From: a virus | Direction: 5' to 3' (one strand) | IMG/VR virus record: IMGVR_UViG_3300049988_000245 | Span: 62,742-126,741 of that record | Length of the DNA: 64,000 nt | In this document: piece after piece, positions 38,743-48,509 of the stretch | How the letters are laid out: every line of letters starts with the position of its first letter | Numbering within the stretch: position 1 is the stretch's first letter | Made by a program: the position numbers and the translations under genes | The notes under the pieces: generated by a model | Told to the model about the DNA's origin: nothing | Seen by the model: the letters and a program-made list of their open reading frames with translations, nothing else | The model's database searches: none

Positions 38743-41274
38743 CTACTCGTGTAGTTTCCCCGTCGTCGGCTGAGTAAAGGGAACGAAAGGTGTCGCAGCA
38801 AGTCTGTCATATTCCTGCTTGGACACGACTTCGCCATTCACCGTGTATCTCTCGTTTGTATTGAACTTCGTCAAACTTTCGGAAGCCGTAACTGGAACCT
38901 GAGGGATTGTCCGCTGGTCCGTATTTGATTGATTCAGCGCGCTGACCTGCTCCGATGTGAAACCGGATTCGTCATTTCCCGAGAGGGAGCGGGTTGCTTC
39001 CTTGTTAATCTCGTTCACCTGAGCGGATGTGAATCCGGTCTCATCGTTTCCGTACAATGGGGGCGTGCTGACCTGATCGATGTACTGCTGGTTCAGCGCC
39101 GTGCTGGCACCGCCGATTCCATCACCGGAGCCGTTCGTATTGGTGAACGCGCTGGCGCTCTGCGACTCCACCGGCCTGATGATGTCCGCACCATTCCCGT
39201 CGAGAGAGAAATCGCTGCTCGTCGAGGTGTCAAGAGAGCCGTTGGACAGGTCATTGTCTTCGATCTTACTGCTGGTGCCGTCGTAGAGCGACGCGTTGGG
39301 GCCGCCAAATAAATCGTCCTTACCGCCTAGCTCGAACTCGCTCGAACCCGTACCAGTAGATGTGCCCATATCACTCGAAGACGTCCCTCCGGAGCTACCT
39401 CCTTGGGCGGACTTCAGTGCGTCCGAACCGACATTCCCAAGTACGCTTCCCGCGCAGGCGTTGTTCTTGAGCGCCTTCAGGTTGAAAGAGCCAGCGATGA
39501 TCTTAAGCGCGTTCGTAGCCGCTCCGAGCATGCCCTTCTCGCCGCCGATCATACCGCCAACACCGCCCATGATCCCACCGAGGCCGCCCCCTCCCATAAG
39601 GCTGCTCAACTGACCAGAAATACCGCCCAGGCCGCCGGGAAGCATCCTGAGCATCCCAGAGATGTTGCCCATGCCGAGGCCGCCCATGAGCCCGCTTAGT
39701 TGACCAGTGAGGCCGCCAAGATTTCCGATGACGCCGGAGATGTTACCGTTCAGGAGGCTTCCAAACGAGCCCATCATCCCCTGCATGTTACCAACAAGGG
39801 AACCCACGATGGGAAGCTGCGACAGGCCAGGGATGGAGCCAAGGCCGCCCAGACGCGAGAGAATGCCCTGACCCATGCCGATGATCGAGGCGACGTTGCC
39901 GAATCCCGTGGTCCCGCCGTAATCCCCCAGAGTGGTCCCTAGGGTACCCATCTGGGTAACCAGGGACTGCATGTTGTTGATCTGTACCAAGTAAGACAGA
40001 ACCTTAACCATACGAGCAAGGATATCGGTCTTCTCGGACGAGGCTGGCACGTAGGTGTCGATCGAAGTTTTGAACACCGTGAGGTCGGTGATGATCGGGG
40101 TGATGTCGCCAACCTGCGAGATGTTGCCGGGCACGCGCAGATAGTCGGACAGCCCGTAAAGCTGACCGGTCAGAACCGTGACGTTGCCGACCGCTGCGGT
40201 GGATTTTGTCTGCGAGAGAGACCCACCAGAGAGCGCCAGGGGCACCGAGGTGGTCTCGGCGATGTTGAGCAGTGCGGTAAGCTTGTCGGCCAACGCGATG
40301 ATCTCGTTGACCAGATCGGACACGTCGTAGGTCGCCAGCGTGTTGACGACACCGTTTAGCTGGGTTTGGACCGCGTAGGGGCTTTGGGCAGAGATCAGCG
40401 GAACCCCACCGATCGACTGTGACTGGTTTACGAACCCGCCCATTGCCGAGATGATGCCACCGAGCTTGGTCAGATTCCCGAGTGCACTTCCGGCGCCGCC
40501 CATGATGTTGGTCAACTGCGAGCCGAGCGCCGCAACATTTCCAAAGCTACCGATCGAGGAAATCATCGATCCGATCTGGCCGATGTTCCCGATGTTGCCA
40601 AGATTCCCAACGAGCCCGGAGATATTACCGATACCGGGAATCGCGCCAAGCCCGCCGAGGTTGCCAAATCTACCCAGCATGTTGAGAACACCCCCGCCCA
40701 TAAGGTTGCCCATCATGCCCTGGACTTGCCCGAGAACGCCCATGGCCTGCCCCATGAACTGAGAGGCTTTACCCATGATGGAGCCAAACGCATTACCCAT
40801 GGACGAGCACTGCCCACCGGTAACCGACGCCGCGCCGCTGCCCGACCCGGTTTCGGCAGCGAAGTTGATCATCAGGGCCATCGGGGAAACCTGCGACTGG
40901 CGCATATAAGCGCCTGACGCGACAGATTTTGAGGCCGGAGCCGATGCATCATTGAAGCCGGGCAGACGCTGAAGCGCGGCGAGGTCACTGATGTATCCGG
41001 AGACAAGACCGAGATTCGTCGTAAGATTGTCGAACTGATCATTCAGGTGGATGACGAGGTCGTTCATAACGCCCTGCTGAAAATATCCAAGCTGGGTCGA
41101 ATGCGGGTTCAGGTCGGGCAGATCGAGATCGGACATGAGCTTGGACAATGAGCCGATGCCGTCGCGCACACCCGAGGCGTGGCCGACGCAATCCTTATTG
41201 AAAGCCTTGTCGTTCTGGAGCAGGTCATAGACCGCAAGAATCTCTGCGGTATCCGGATCGATCGCGTCTGCCAT
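38743..41274 (-). CDS. large Gly/Met/Leu-rich protein downstream of PAAR (baseplate or ejected protein candidate)
   Basis: Start MADAIDP; long G-x-x-G low-complexity tracts. Confidence 0.65.
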   Translation of the reverse strand: MADAIDPDTAEILAVYDLLQNDKAFNKDCVGHASGVRDGIGSLSKLMSDLDLPDLNPHSTQLGYFQQGVMNDLVIHLNDQFDNLTTNLGLVSGYISDLAALQRLPGFNDASAPASKSVASGAYMRQSQVSPMALMINFAAETGSGSGAASVTGGQCSSMGNAFGSIMGKASQFMGQAMGVLGQVQGMMGNLMGGGVLNMLGRFGNLGGLGAIPGIGNISGLVGNLGNIGNIGQIGSMISSIGSFGNVAALGSQLTNIMGGAGSALGNLTKLGGIISAMGGFVNQSQSIGGVPLISAQSPYAVQTQLNGVVNTLATYDVSDLVNEIIALADKLTALLNIAETTSVPLALSGGSLSQTKSTAAVGNVTVLTGQLYGLSDYLRVPGNISQVGDITPIITDLTVFKTSIDTYVPASSEKTDILARMVKVLSYLVQINNMQSLVTQMGTLGTTLGDYGGTTGFGNVASIIGMGQGILSRLGGLGSIPGLSQLPIVGSLVGNMQGMMGSFGSLLNGNISGVIGNLGGLTGQLSGLMGGLGMGNISGMLRMLPGGLGGISGQLSSLMGGGGLGGIMGGVGGMIGGEKGMLGAATNALKIIAGSFNLKALKNNACAGSVLGNVGSDALKSAQGGSSGGTSSSDMGTSTGTGSSEFELGGKDDLFGGPNASLYDGTSSKIEDNDLSNGSLDTSTSSDFSLDGNGADIIRPVESQSASAFTNTNGSGDGIGGASTALNQQYIDQVSTPPLYGNDETGFTSAQVNEINKEATRSLSGNDESGFTSEQVSALNQSNTDQRTIPQVPVTASESLTKFNTNERYTVNGEVVSKQEYDRLAATPFVPFTQPTTGKLHE

Positions 41275-41281
41275 AGCGCCT

Positions 41282-41548
41282 TTACTTGTCGAGGTAGGTG
41301 AGGTCTGAGCCGGTGATGAGAATCGCTCCACAGGCCGCCCTGGAGGCAAGGTGAGCGGTCTCCGGACCGGTGGTCTTCACGGGGTTTGAGATCGTGCTGA
41401 TGATCGGCTGAACCCCGTGGAGGGGGCACGAAACGAGGTCGCCACGGCGGGCGACCTTTTTGCCTTCGACCGTACGGATGCTCTCTCCCGTGATGACCAC
41501 CGCACCATGAGAGAGATTGTCGCCGATTCGCGTGATCTTGAACGACAT
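41282..41548 (-). CDS. PAAR-domain spike-tip protein
   Basis: RIGD..SHG, VARRGD.VSCPLHG, ACGA motifs. Confidence 0.9.
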   Translation of the reverse strand: MSFKITRIGDNLSHGAVVITGESIRTVEGKKVARRGDLVSCPLHGVQPIISTISNPVKTTGPETAHLASRAACGAILITGSDLTYLDK

Positions 41549-41555
41549 GCCGTCC

Positions 41556-41903
41556 TTACGGGATCAGCAGGCCGGGAGACTTCGGCTGCACGATCTCGGA
41601 GGTTGCTGCGCGATAGCTCGCGGCCACGTCGGTGTTCGACTTAATCGGGGCGAGGGACAGCTTGGTGTGGCTGAACTCAAACGACGATGATTCGGCAACC
41701 GAGTACATGAACGGGGCAAACTGAATCTGGGCACCAACCGCACCATCGTCGCCCTGAACCATGCGGGCGAGAACGTGGACGGGCTTCGTCAGGGTGATCG
41801 AGTCATCACGCAGCACGGTGACGCGACCGACGATCTCTTCACCCGAGGTGAGACGAACCGTTGCAATGTCGTTGACAGAAAGAGACTTGTTTTCGATAAG
41901 CAT
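41556..41903 (-). CDS. Sm-like fold phage protein
   Basis: VRLTSGEEIVGR...TLTKP...FAPFM pattern seen in T4-like phages. Confidence 0.6.
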   Translation of the reverse strand: MLIENKSLSVNDIATVRLTSGEEIVGRVTVLRDDSITLTKPVHVLARMVQGDDGAVGAQIQFAPFMYSVAESSSFEFSHTKLSLAPIKSNTDVAASYRAATSEIVQPKSPGLLIP

Positions 41904-42335
41904 TGATAAAATCCAAAAAGGGTAATAACCAAATATACCCTTAATGCTACTTATCGTTCCATAAAAACCGTATAGAACTACTTCTTATTCAGGTAATCGA
42001 GCGCGATCTGAACCTTGTTGATGCTTTCGAGCTTGTCTTTCATGAGTAAACGGACCACGGCGGTGGGCGAAAGCCTCTTCCCGGAAATGCTCTCGTAGTG
42101 CTCTTTCAGCGCCTTGAGGTGGATTTCGTCGGCTGACTGCAAATTGATGCTCATCATGTGGAGTACTCCTCTGATGCCCAAAATGTACACCGAATAGAAA
42201 AGATGTCAAGTTGACGGGAATCTTAAACCGCGCCAAGGTGGGGTGTCAGCGGGCTCCCCCAACCTGCCCGTTGGCGAAGAAGGCTCGTGTGGACCCACCG
42301 ATCGTTCGCACGAGCCTTCTGCATAAGGGTATTGC

Positions 42336-42629
42336 GTGACTTATCCCCCGCTCGTTCGCGCTATCTGTAAGAAACATCCAGATCGCATTTTGGTCCTAAA
42401 AATTATCGGGGCAACGATCAGCGATCAGACCGAGGTAAGCAAGGCTTATTTTCGTCTTGGAAGGGCATGTGAGCGCGTTGGCGCCCGAATATCATTCAAG
42501 ACCTTGCCACCATACAACGGACGATACTTCATTGTTATTTTGTCAAAGACGCCCGAGGAAGCGGTTGCGCTTCGCGTCGCATCAAAGGACCTATTGGTCC
42601 CGGCTAGCAACATCCTCAATAGCGAATAG
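42336..42629 (+). CDS. hypothetical protein, possible divergent FKMRW-family member
   Basis: KTPEEAVALRV. Confidence 0.45.
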   Translation: MTYPPLVRAICKKHPDRILVLKIIGATISDQTEVSKAYFRLGRACERVGARISFKTLPPYNGRYFIVILSKTPEEAVALRVASKDLLVPASNILNSE

Positions 42630-42921
42630 ACTCTTCCCCGTTCGGATCGCGACGACGACCACTCAGCGGGTGGCGATGCCATCCCTCAGGCTCACCCTTG
42701 CCATCCCAGGCTTCGAGAGCCGCACGGGCCGCATCCTCGTCGTGATAGCACCAACGATCTGAATAGGTATTGCGGTCGCCCATCTCGCCCACAATGATTG
42801 CCCAGGTGAACATCAGCCGGAGCAAGCCGGTCCAGCGTCCATCGCCGATCGGGCGCGGGTCGATGTAGCCGCCATCGGTTTTCAAGTAGTGGAGGAAAGA
42901 GAGTTCTTCGAGTCGAGTCAT
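42616..42921 (-). CDS. hypothetical phage protein
   Basis: RWCY...AALEAWDGKGEPEGWHRH; ATGA-coupled. Confidence 0.65.
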   Translation of the reverse strand: MTRLEELSFLHYLKTDGGYIDPRPIGDGRWTGLLRLMFTWAIIVGEMGDRNTYSDRWCYHDEDAARAALEAWDGKGEPEGWHRHPLSGRRRDPNGEESIRY

Positions 42922-43217
42922 AGCATGATCCTGAATAGGAGAGCGGCGTCCGGATCGGAGAAATACGCGACGCAGCGCTCGACCGTCGCCCATTTCTCCT
43001 CTTGCCCTTCATTGAGGTGCGTCGTCCAGCGCCGGATATGGACGCGGCCCACGTCACGCTCTCTGATGAATTCCCGAGGATAGCGAACCAGGGCGGCAGA
43101 GCCGGAGAGCGTCCGGATCATCCGCTGGAAATCCTGCTTGGTCAGCGGCACGAGCAATTCCACCGGGGTGTACCCGGCGTAGTACTCCGCGTTGTTCCAT
43201 TTAATAAAGGTCGCCAT
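42918..43217 (-). CDS. FKMRW-family protein (divergent)
   Basis: Ends FSDPDAALLFRIML. Confidence 0.65.
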   Translation of the reverse strand: MATFIKWNNAEYYAGYTPVELLVPLTKQDFQRMIRTLSGSAALVRYPREFIRERDVGRVHIRRWTTHLNEGQEEKWATVERCVAYFSDPDAALLFRIML

Positions 43218-43247
43218 ACCCGGAATATACCCGGATATGGCGAAAAA

Positions 43248-43508
43248 TCAATCCCTAAGAATCCGATCTACCTCATCCGTGACCTGCTCAGGGCGAAGCT
43301 GCTGGAGCGCGGCATTACCGCCCTCGACGAGAATCTTGCTACCCACGTAAAGCTGAGGCACGGTCTTGTGACCACGATCCTTAATGAACGCCAGAGCTTC
43401 TGGATTCGTCGTCACATCGACGGTCTCGAAATAAATCTCGTTTCGGGTCAGATATTCCTTCGCCTGGACACAATGTGGGCAGTTCGGCTTCGAGTATAAA
43501 GTAATCAC
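43248..43508 (-). CDS. glutaredoxin / NrdH-like redoxin
   Basis: YSKPNCPHCVQAK, TVPQ, GG motifs; GTG start with GAGG RBS. Confidence 0.9.
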   Translation of the reverse strand: MITLYSKPNCPHCVQAKEYLTRNEIYFETVDVTTNPEALAFIKDRGHKTVPQLYVGSKILVEGGNAALQQLRPEQVTDEVDRILRD

Positions 43509-43946
43509 AATGAACCTCAAAAAATGAGGCTCTATAATATCTTAAAGTAAAAGCCGTCAGCAATATTGCTAACGGCTTTTGGTTCAGAAGCTTATTTCGA
43601 TTATTATCTTAGGAGTAACATCCTGTGTTTCCCGAACGCCTGGATCGAAGAAGATCGTCTTGGCGATGACCTCTCCGGACAAAGAGTCTTCGATCAGCGG
43701 TAGAACGAAGTACTCACCCAATTCGGGAGCATGGAAATTCTCGTATGGACCGTACTCGAACCGCTTTTCCGATTCCACGTGGTTGACGTGGAAGTGATAC
43801 TCGATCTTCTGCATTGTGATTCCTTATGTAGGAATTAGATCGGTATAACGGTCGATAATGACCAGCCATCCAGCAACAAGAGCCAATAGAAGTACTATGA
43901 TGGCAGCAAATGATTTGGTATGATTCTTACTTGACATTAGAATCCC

Positions 43947-44207
43947 TTAATAGCGCGGACCATTGGTCGTGTTACCAAGCTGCTGCTGGTAGCCTTCCTG
44001 ATGAGGGTTGCGCGAATTTGGATTCCCGTAATGATGGGTTTGCGTCCGGCGATGCTGGCGCTCCTCCTTCGTCGTGTCCGGACGCCCATAATGGTAATGA
44101 TGGGGATGAGCGATTCCCGCACTGGACGGATGAGGATGATACGGGGAAGCCACGGCGACGTTCGTCGCAGCAACAAGGGATAGAACGAGAGCAGACATAA
44201 ACTTCAT
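43947..44207 (-). CDS. small His-rich secreted peptide
   Basis: Sec-type signal MKFMSALVLSLVAATNVAVA followed by a His/Pro-rich tail. Confidence 0.45.
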   Translation of the reverse strand: MKFMSALVLSLVAATNVAVASPYHPHPSSAGIAHPHHYHYGRPDTTKEERQHRRTQTHHYGNPNSRNPHQEGYQQQLGNTTNGPRY

Positions 44208-44393
44208 AACGTAGATAATCTCACTTCTAATAGAGTTTGGTTATTAACCCATATTAGACTGAAATGTTTCTCAGTTGTATTATTATAAGTGCTTCAACTG
44301 TGCGTAATCACACAGTGCTCTCAATGACGATCGACGAATCTCGCTTATCCATCTCCACGTCAATGACGCGGAGATGGTATTCGATCTTCTATA

Positions 44394-45521
44394 TCAGAGC
44401 TTGAAATCCGAGAAAGTACCTGAATCCACGTCCTGCTTGGTCTGACCGATCGTGTATTGCGTGATCTCGGTCTCCTGCGGTGCCACCTGCACCTCAGCAC
44501 CGGAAATCCACTTGGCCGTCCACGGGAGAGGATTAGCCTTCTGCGGGTAGATCGGCGACAGGCCGACCGCGACCAGACGCTTGTTGGCGATCCATTCGAC
44601 ATAGTCGGACAGGAGCGCATAGTTGAGGCCGATCATGCTCCCGTCCTTGAACAGGTACTCGGCCCACTCCTTCTCCTGGGTGACCGCGTCGGAGAACAGC
44701 TTGGTGCATTCCTCCTTGGTCTCCTCGGCGATCTTGGCGAAGTCCGGATCGTCCTGTGGTAGAATCTTGATCAGCGTCTGGGTGGCGGCGAGGTGAAGAT
44801 TCTCGTCGCGGCAGATCAGCTTGATGATCTTCGCGTTGCCTTCCATCCGCTTAACCTCGGCATACGCCCAGGAGCAGGCAAAGCTCACGTAGAACCGAAC
44901 ACCCTCAAGGATGTTCACGCTCATGATGGCCATCCACAGAGCCTTCTTAAGCTCGTATAGGTCCACCTTGACGGATTCGCCGTTGATCGTGTGCGTACCC
45001 TCGCCGAAGAGGTTGTACAGCCCCTCCAGGCGAATCAGGTTGTCATAGTGCTCGGAGATGTCCTTGGCGCAATCGACGATCTCGCCGATGTCCATCATCT
45101 CATCGAACACCTGGGATGGATTCGGGTAGACGTTCCTGATGATGTGGGTGTACGACCGGCTGTGAATCGTCTCCGAGAACGCCCACGTGGTGATGAACGC
45201 CTCTAGCTCGGGGAGCGAGACGATCGGCAGGAACGCGATGTTGGGGGACCGACCCTGAACGGAGTCCAGTAGAATCTGACGCTTCAGATTCGACGTGAAG
45301 ATGTGCCGTTCGTGATCAGTGAGTTCCTTGAAGTCTTTTGCGTCCTTCATCACGTCAACCTCCTGAGGTTGCCAGAAGAACGATAGTTGCTTCTCGGTTA
45401 GTTTGTCGAACTGACGATACTTCATCGTATCGAATCGCTGAACGGAGACGCCTCCATTGGGGTCCAAGAACGCAAGCGCCTGAGTATGGTCTTTACGAGA
45501 ATTTGCATCAAATACGGACAT
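44394..45521 (-). CDS. nrdB: class Ia ribonucleotide reductase beta subunit
   Basis: FFWQPQEV, LDSVQGR, ETIHSRSY, LEGVRFYVSF, RDENLH motifs. Confidence 0.97.
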   Translation of the reverse strand: MSVFDANSRKDHTQALAFLDPNGGVSVQRFDTMKYRQFDKLTEKQLSFFWQPQEVDVMKDAKDFKELTDHERHIFTSNLKRQILLDSVQGRSPNIAFLPIVSLPELEAFITTWAFSETIHSRSYTHIIRNVYPNPSQVFDEMMDIGEIVDCAKDISEHYDNLIRLEGLYNLFGEGTHTINGESVKVDLYELKKALWMAIMSVNILEGVRFYVSFACSWAYAEVKRMEGNAKIIKLICRDENLHLAATQTLIKILPQDDPDFAKIAEETKEECTKLFSDAVTQEKEWAEYLFKDGSMIGLNYALLSDYVEWIANKRLVAVGLSPIYPQKANPLPWTAKWISGAEVQVAPQETEITQYTIGQTKQDVDSGTFSDFKL

Positions 45522-46110
45522 AAGTAACACTCCAATCTTTGCAGTTGCCGCGTTTGGCGGGATAATCTTGTTTCTTCGTCAAGCGATCTCGAAAGGCTTG
45601 ATAAACTTTCGGCCACGCTACCTTAAATCTATGCTCGTTTTCTTGGCACCAAGATTTTAGGCAGTCGGACGCGAAAATCTCGCCCTCCGGTGACCGAATT
45701 TCAGAAGCTTTGCTGTTTGGATTGCTGCTTCCAGTCCGAGACACCCCATACATGCCATTGGCCTCGCCGTAGTGAGGACGGTGATTGGGATGAGTCTTCC
45801 CGTACATGCCATTCCGACACCCTGACACATCCCGTCCGTTGTTCCCTCCATATGCGCTGGGGCTTATGTTGTAGAAATCCGGACTTTTGGCTGCATCATA
45901 GGAATCAAGGTAGTGCTGCTCGCGCTCCTGAATTCGAGAATCATCAACGTATTCAAGAATGATTCGTTCAAATGAATCTCTACCATATTTTATGTAGGCT
46001 CGGCGGAAGTGCTTACCTGATCCGACGTACGAGCTAGAATCTAAGCCAGAATGTCGGCCAATATACTTCTTACCGTCAAGCTTATTAGTCCAAAGATATA
46101 TGAATCCCAT
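45508..46110 (-). CDS. Seg-like GIY-YIG homing endonuclease
   Basis: GFIYLWTN...KYIGRH...YVGSG; NGMYGK repeats; lower GC; overlaps nrdB start. Confidence 0.85.
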   Translation of the reverse strand: MGFIYLWTNKLDGKKYIGRHSGLDSSSYVGSGKHFRRAYIKYGRDSFERIILEYVDDSRIQEREQHYLDSYDAAKSPDFYNISPSAYGGNNGRDVSGCRNGMYGKTHPNHRPHYGEANGMYGVSRTGSSNPNSKASEIRSPEGEIFASDCLKSWCQENEHRFKVAWPKVYQAFRDRLTKKQDYPAKRGNCKDWSVTYVRI

Positions 46111-46163
46111 GAACGGATGATACCAAAGGGTATCACCCGTTCTCAACTTCGAAATGTCGAGAC

Positions 46164-46388
46164 TTAGAGGGTCTCGAACTCGAAGCGATTCTTGATCGAC
46201 TCGTTGAGGAACTTGGTCTTGCTGTCCGCCGACTCGAAGTTGCTTGCCGTCGAAGCATCGACGTTGTTGTACCGGTAGGTCTTGCCGCCGATGAAGGCGA
46301 CTTCGAGCGTCTGCGCGGACGAATCGTAGGCGATGCGGTCGATGTTACCGCTGTTGAAATCCGTGCCATTGGTCTTGGTGAAGGACAT
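46164..46388 (-). CDS. KTSC domain protein
   Basis: SGNIDRIAYD...TLEVAFIGGKTYRY.NV...F..ADSK.KF.N..IK. Confidence 0.85.
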   Translation of the reverse strand: MSFTKTNGTDFNSGNIDRIAYDSSAQTLEVAFIGGKTYRYNNVDASTASNFESADSKTKFLNESIKNRFEFETL

Positions 46389-46503
46389 CTGAATCTCTCT
46401 CGTATAAGGATTCGACGAACAAATTTGGTTCGACGAAAATACCAATTGCATGGTTAACGGGTGTTTGGCAAGGTGGACGTACGAAAATCAGAAAGGTTCT
46501 AAT

Positions 46504-47355
46504 ATGCCGTTTAACCGTCGCGGGATTCTCGCTGGCCTCCTGGGAACGCCCCTGGGGATCACCGCACTGAAGGCGATGCCGCTTCCGGCAGAGACCCAGA
46601 AGGCCATCGCGTTCACCCCCGAGGTGCAGAAGGCGGTCGAGAACATTCCCCCGCTCCCGACCCCGAAACGCAATCTGCATCCGTTATTCGGATTCCAGAC
46701 GATCGATGCCGAGCTTGGGTTCGCCTATACCCTGCGCAGCCGATACTCAGATGCGGTGACCCTTGCGAATCCTGAGCCGCGCATCTCGATCCAGATTAAC
46801 AAGGTGGTTGCTGGGGGTACATATTACCCGACGATGGACGCGGCCGAGGACGCGATCTTCAGTAAGTTCGCCATCACCCATCGCGAGGTGAGAAGCCCAG
46901 ACAACCCCGAGCATACCAAGTTTCACCTCGTGCGGGCGGCGAACCGGATCGCCCAGACGACCCGGCGCGGCATGGGTAACGTCATTCTCGTCCATCGGGA
47001 TGACCTGCATCTACTCGATACCCCGTGGGTGGCCAACGTGATCCCCGAGCGAATCGGGCGGTGGTCGAACGTCGGGTTCACCCACAACCGAGTCTCCCAG
47101 GTCTGGGTCACCGACCGCCGTGTTCCTGCGATCCCGCACGGGAACGCGCTTGTGGGTTATCGCGGATCGGAGTTAGACGCCCCTGCCGTTCTCACGTATC
47201 ATCCGGGCTTTGGATACAGCTACGCGATGAACGAGAAGCCGGAAACCTACATGCACGTAGTCGGACTGACTGTGAAAGCCCGAGCGCCCCATACGGACGA
47301 GGCTATATGGGCGGAAGAGAAGCGGGGTGCCGTACGCCCCGTTCGCGCCGCATGA
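46504..47355 (+). CDS. Tat-signal protein carrying T4-like major capsid (gp23) fragments
   Basis: N-terminus NRRGILAGLLG; GFQTI....GFAYTLRSRY; RAANRIAQTTRRGMGNVILV; LVGYRGSELDA. Confidence 0.75.
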   Translation: MPFNRRGILAGLLGTPLGITALKAMPLPAETQKAIAFTPEVQKAVENIPPLPTPKRNLHPLFGFQTIDAELGFAYTLRSRYSDAVTLANPEPRISIQINKVVAGGTYYPTMDAAEDAIFSKFAITHREVRSPDNPEHTKFHLVRAANRIAQTTRRGMGNVILVHRDDLHLLDTPWVANVIPERIGRWSNVGFTHNRVSQVWVTDRRVPAIPHGNALVGYRGSELDAPAVLTYHPGFGYSYAMNEKPETYMHVVGLTVKARAPHTDEAIWAEEKRGAVRPVRAA

Positions 47356-47546
47356 AGCGGCCTTCCTTAGAGAAGATCGCCCAGGCCCTTCCTCGCTCGC
47401 GTATCATGGCAGGCGAGTACACCTACCCGTACGCCGAGGGTGGGCCTCAGCGGCGGGTCTTCTACGCAGATGTGGGCACGCTTCCCCCGGAGGCGGCCAA
47501 CCGATTCATCAAATCGCTCATGGAGAAGTACGATGGAACGTCGTAG
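47352..47546 (+). CDS. 64-aa protein resembling a T4-like portal (gp20) clip segment
   Basis: PQRRVFYADVGTLPPEAANRFIKSLMEKY vs gp20-family PERRxFYIDVGNLP..KA..Y...M; ATGA-coupled. Confidence 0.7.
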   Translation: MKRPSLEKIAQALPRSRIMAGEYTYPYAEGGPQRRVFYADVGTLPPEAANRFIKSLMEKYDGTS

Positions 47547-48069
47547 CCTTCTCGCGGCCGGTGCTGCCGCGATCACCGGTCTGTTCGGCGCCAAGTCGGC
47601 TCAGGCGGCGCCCTCGGGCGCTCTCACTCTGGACGAAGCCACGCGGATCGTCGTCGGCAACGTTCGTAATCCGCCTGCCCCGGAGGAGATTCAGCGTCTC
47701 ATCGCGGGGATCAATATGCAGGTAATGAACCGGCTTACCCAAGCTGGCATCGTTGACCCGCAATACGTAATGACGAGCGCCGTGGTTCGCTTCCGGGGGC
47801 AGGTGGTCGAGGCCAAGACACGTAGGCTCTCTTCGCGTTACACGTTCGGAGAGAATGTCCCGCCGATCGTGCAGGCCGAGGTCGAAGCCACGTTGGTCGA
47901 GAGCATCGTGCAGGAGATCACCGCAGAGTTGGTCCGGCCCGAGAACAAGGGTATCCAGTATTGTCCATACGAGTTGGTCACCAGTTCCGGGGTCATCCTC
48001 GATCCGGAAACGCTCAACCCCACGATATTCTTTCTGACCCGTTTTGGGACCTTCGTGAAAGCCGCATAG
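47533..48069 (+). CDS. Tat-signal protein carrying complementary gp23 fragments
   Basis: MERRSLLAAGAAAITGLFGAKSAQA; QVVEAKTRRLSSRYTF; QEITAEL; YCPY..VTSSGVILDPETLNP...LTRFG. Confidence 0.8.
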   Translation: MERRSLLAAGAAAITGLFGAKSAQAAPSGALTLDEATRIVVGNVRNPPAPEEIQRLIAGINMQVMNRLTQAGIVDPQYVMTSAVVRFRGQVVEAKTRRLSSRYTFGENVPPIVQAEVEATLVESIVQEITAELVRPENKGIQYCPYELVTSSGVILDPETLNPTIFFLTRFGTFVKAA

Positions 48070-48101
48070 AGTCCTGGCATCCGACCACACATGAGGAAGC
48101 G

Positions 48102-48509
48102 TTGGGCGTTCTCTTGAAGAATGCCCAACGCGACAAGCCGCGTTCGCGCATCGAACAGGTCGTTGAATGTATCAACCGGCGTGTTTTCGAAAATGTTCGG
48201 GAGATCATCAACCCACGTCTGGTCATGGTCGAGCGCGTCATGATGCTCGATTGGGCCGTCGAGGCTCGGACTCGGAATCTTCGGACACACATGGACTGCG
48301 CCGATTTTCGCCAGAGCGGCTACGTCCCCGAGATGATCGAGGCGGCCATTGACGGTATCACGGGTGAAATTCTGGAGATGCAGGCCGGGACGAGTTTATC
48401 GTACTGTCCCTACGCGCTGGTGACCGGGCACGAGCAAATTGTCGATCCGACCACCTCTGGTGAATACGTCTATTTCCGTACCTGTTACGGATTGTACGAG
48501 CTACCTTAG
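48102..48509 (+). CDS. paralog of 47533..48069 without signal peptide
   Basis: VEARTRNLRT, ITGEI, YCPY...IVDP...FRTCYG; start uncertain (TTG 48102 with GAGG; similarity begins ~48066). Confidence 0.65.
   Translation: MGVLLKNAQRDKPRSRIEQVVECINRRVFENVREIINPRLVMVERVMMLDWAVEARTRNLRTHMDCADFRQSGYVPEMIEAAIDGITGEILEMQAGTSLSYCPYALVTGHEQIVDPTTSGEYVYFRTCYGLYELP

Noticed and set aside
46504..48509. The phage's true major capsid or portal genes broken by sequencing errors
   Set aside because: The gp23 segments are interleaved between ORFs rather than collinear, two ORFs have their own signal peptides, and one module is duplicated; frameshift errors cannot produce this.
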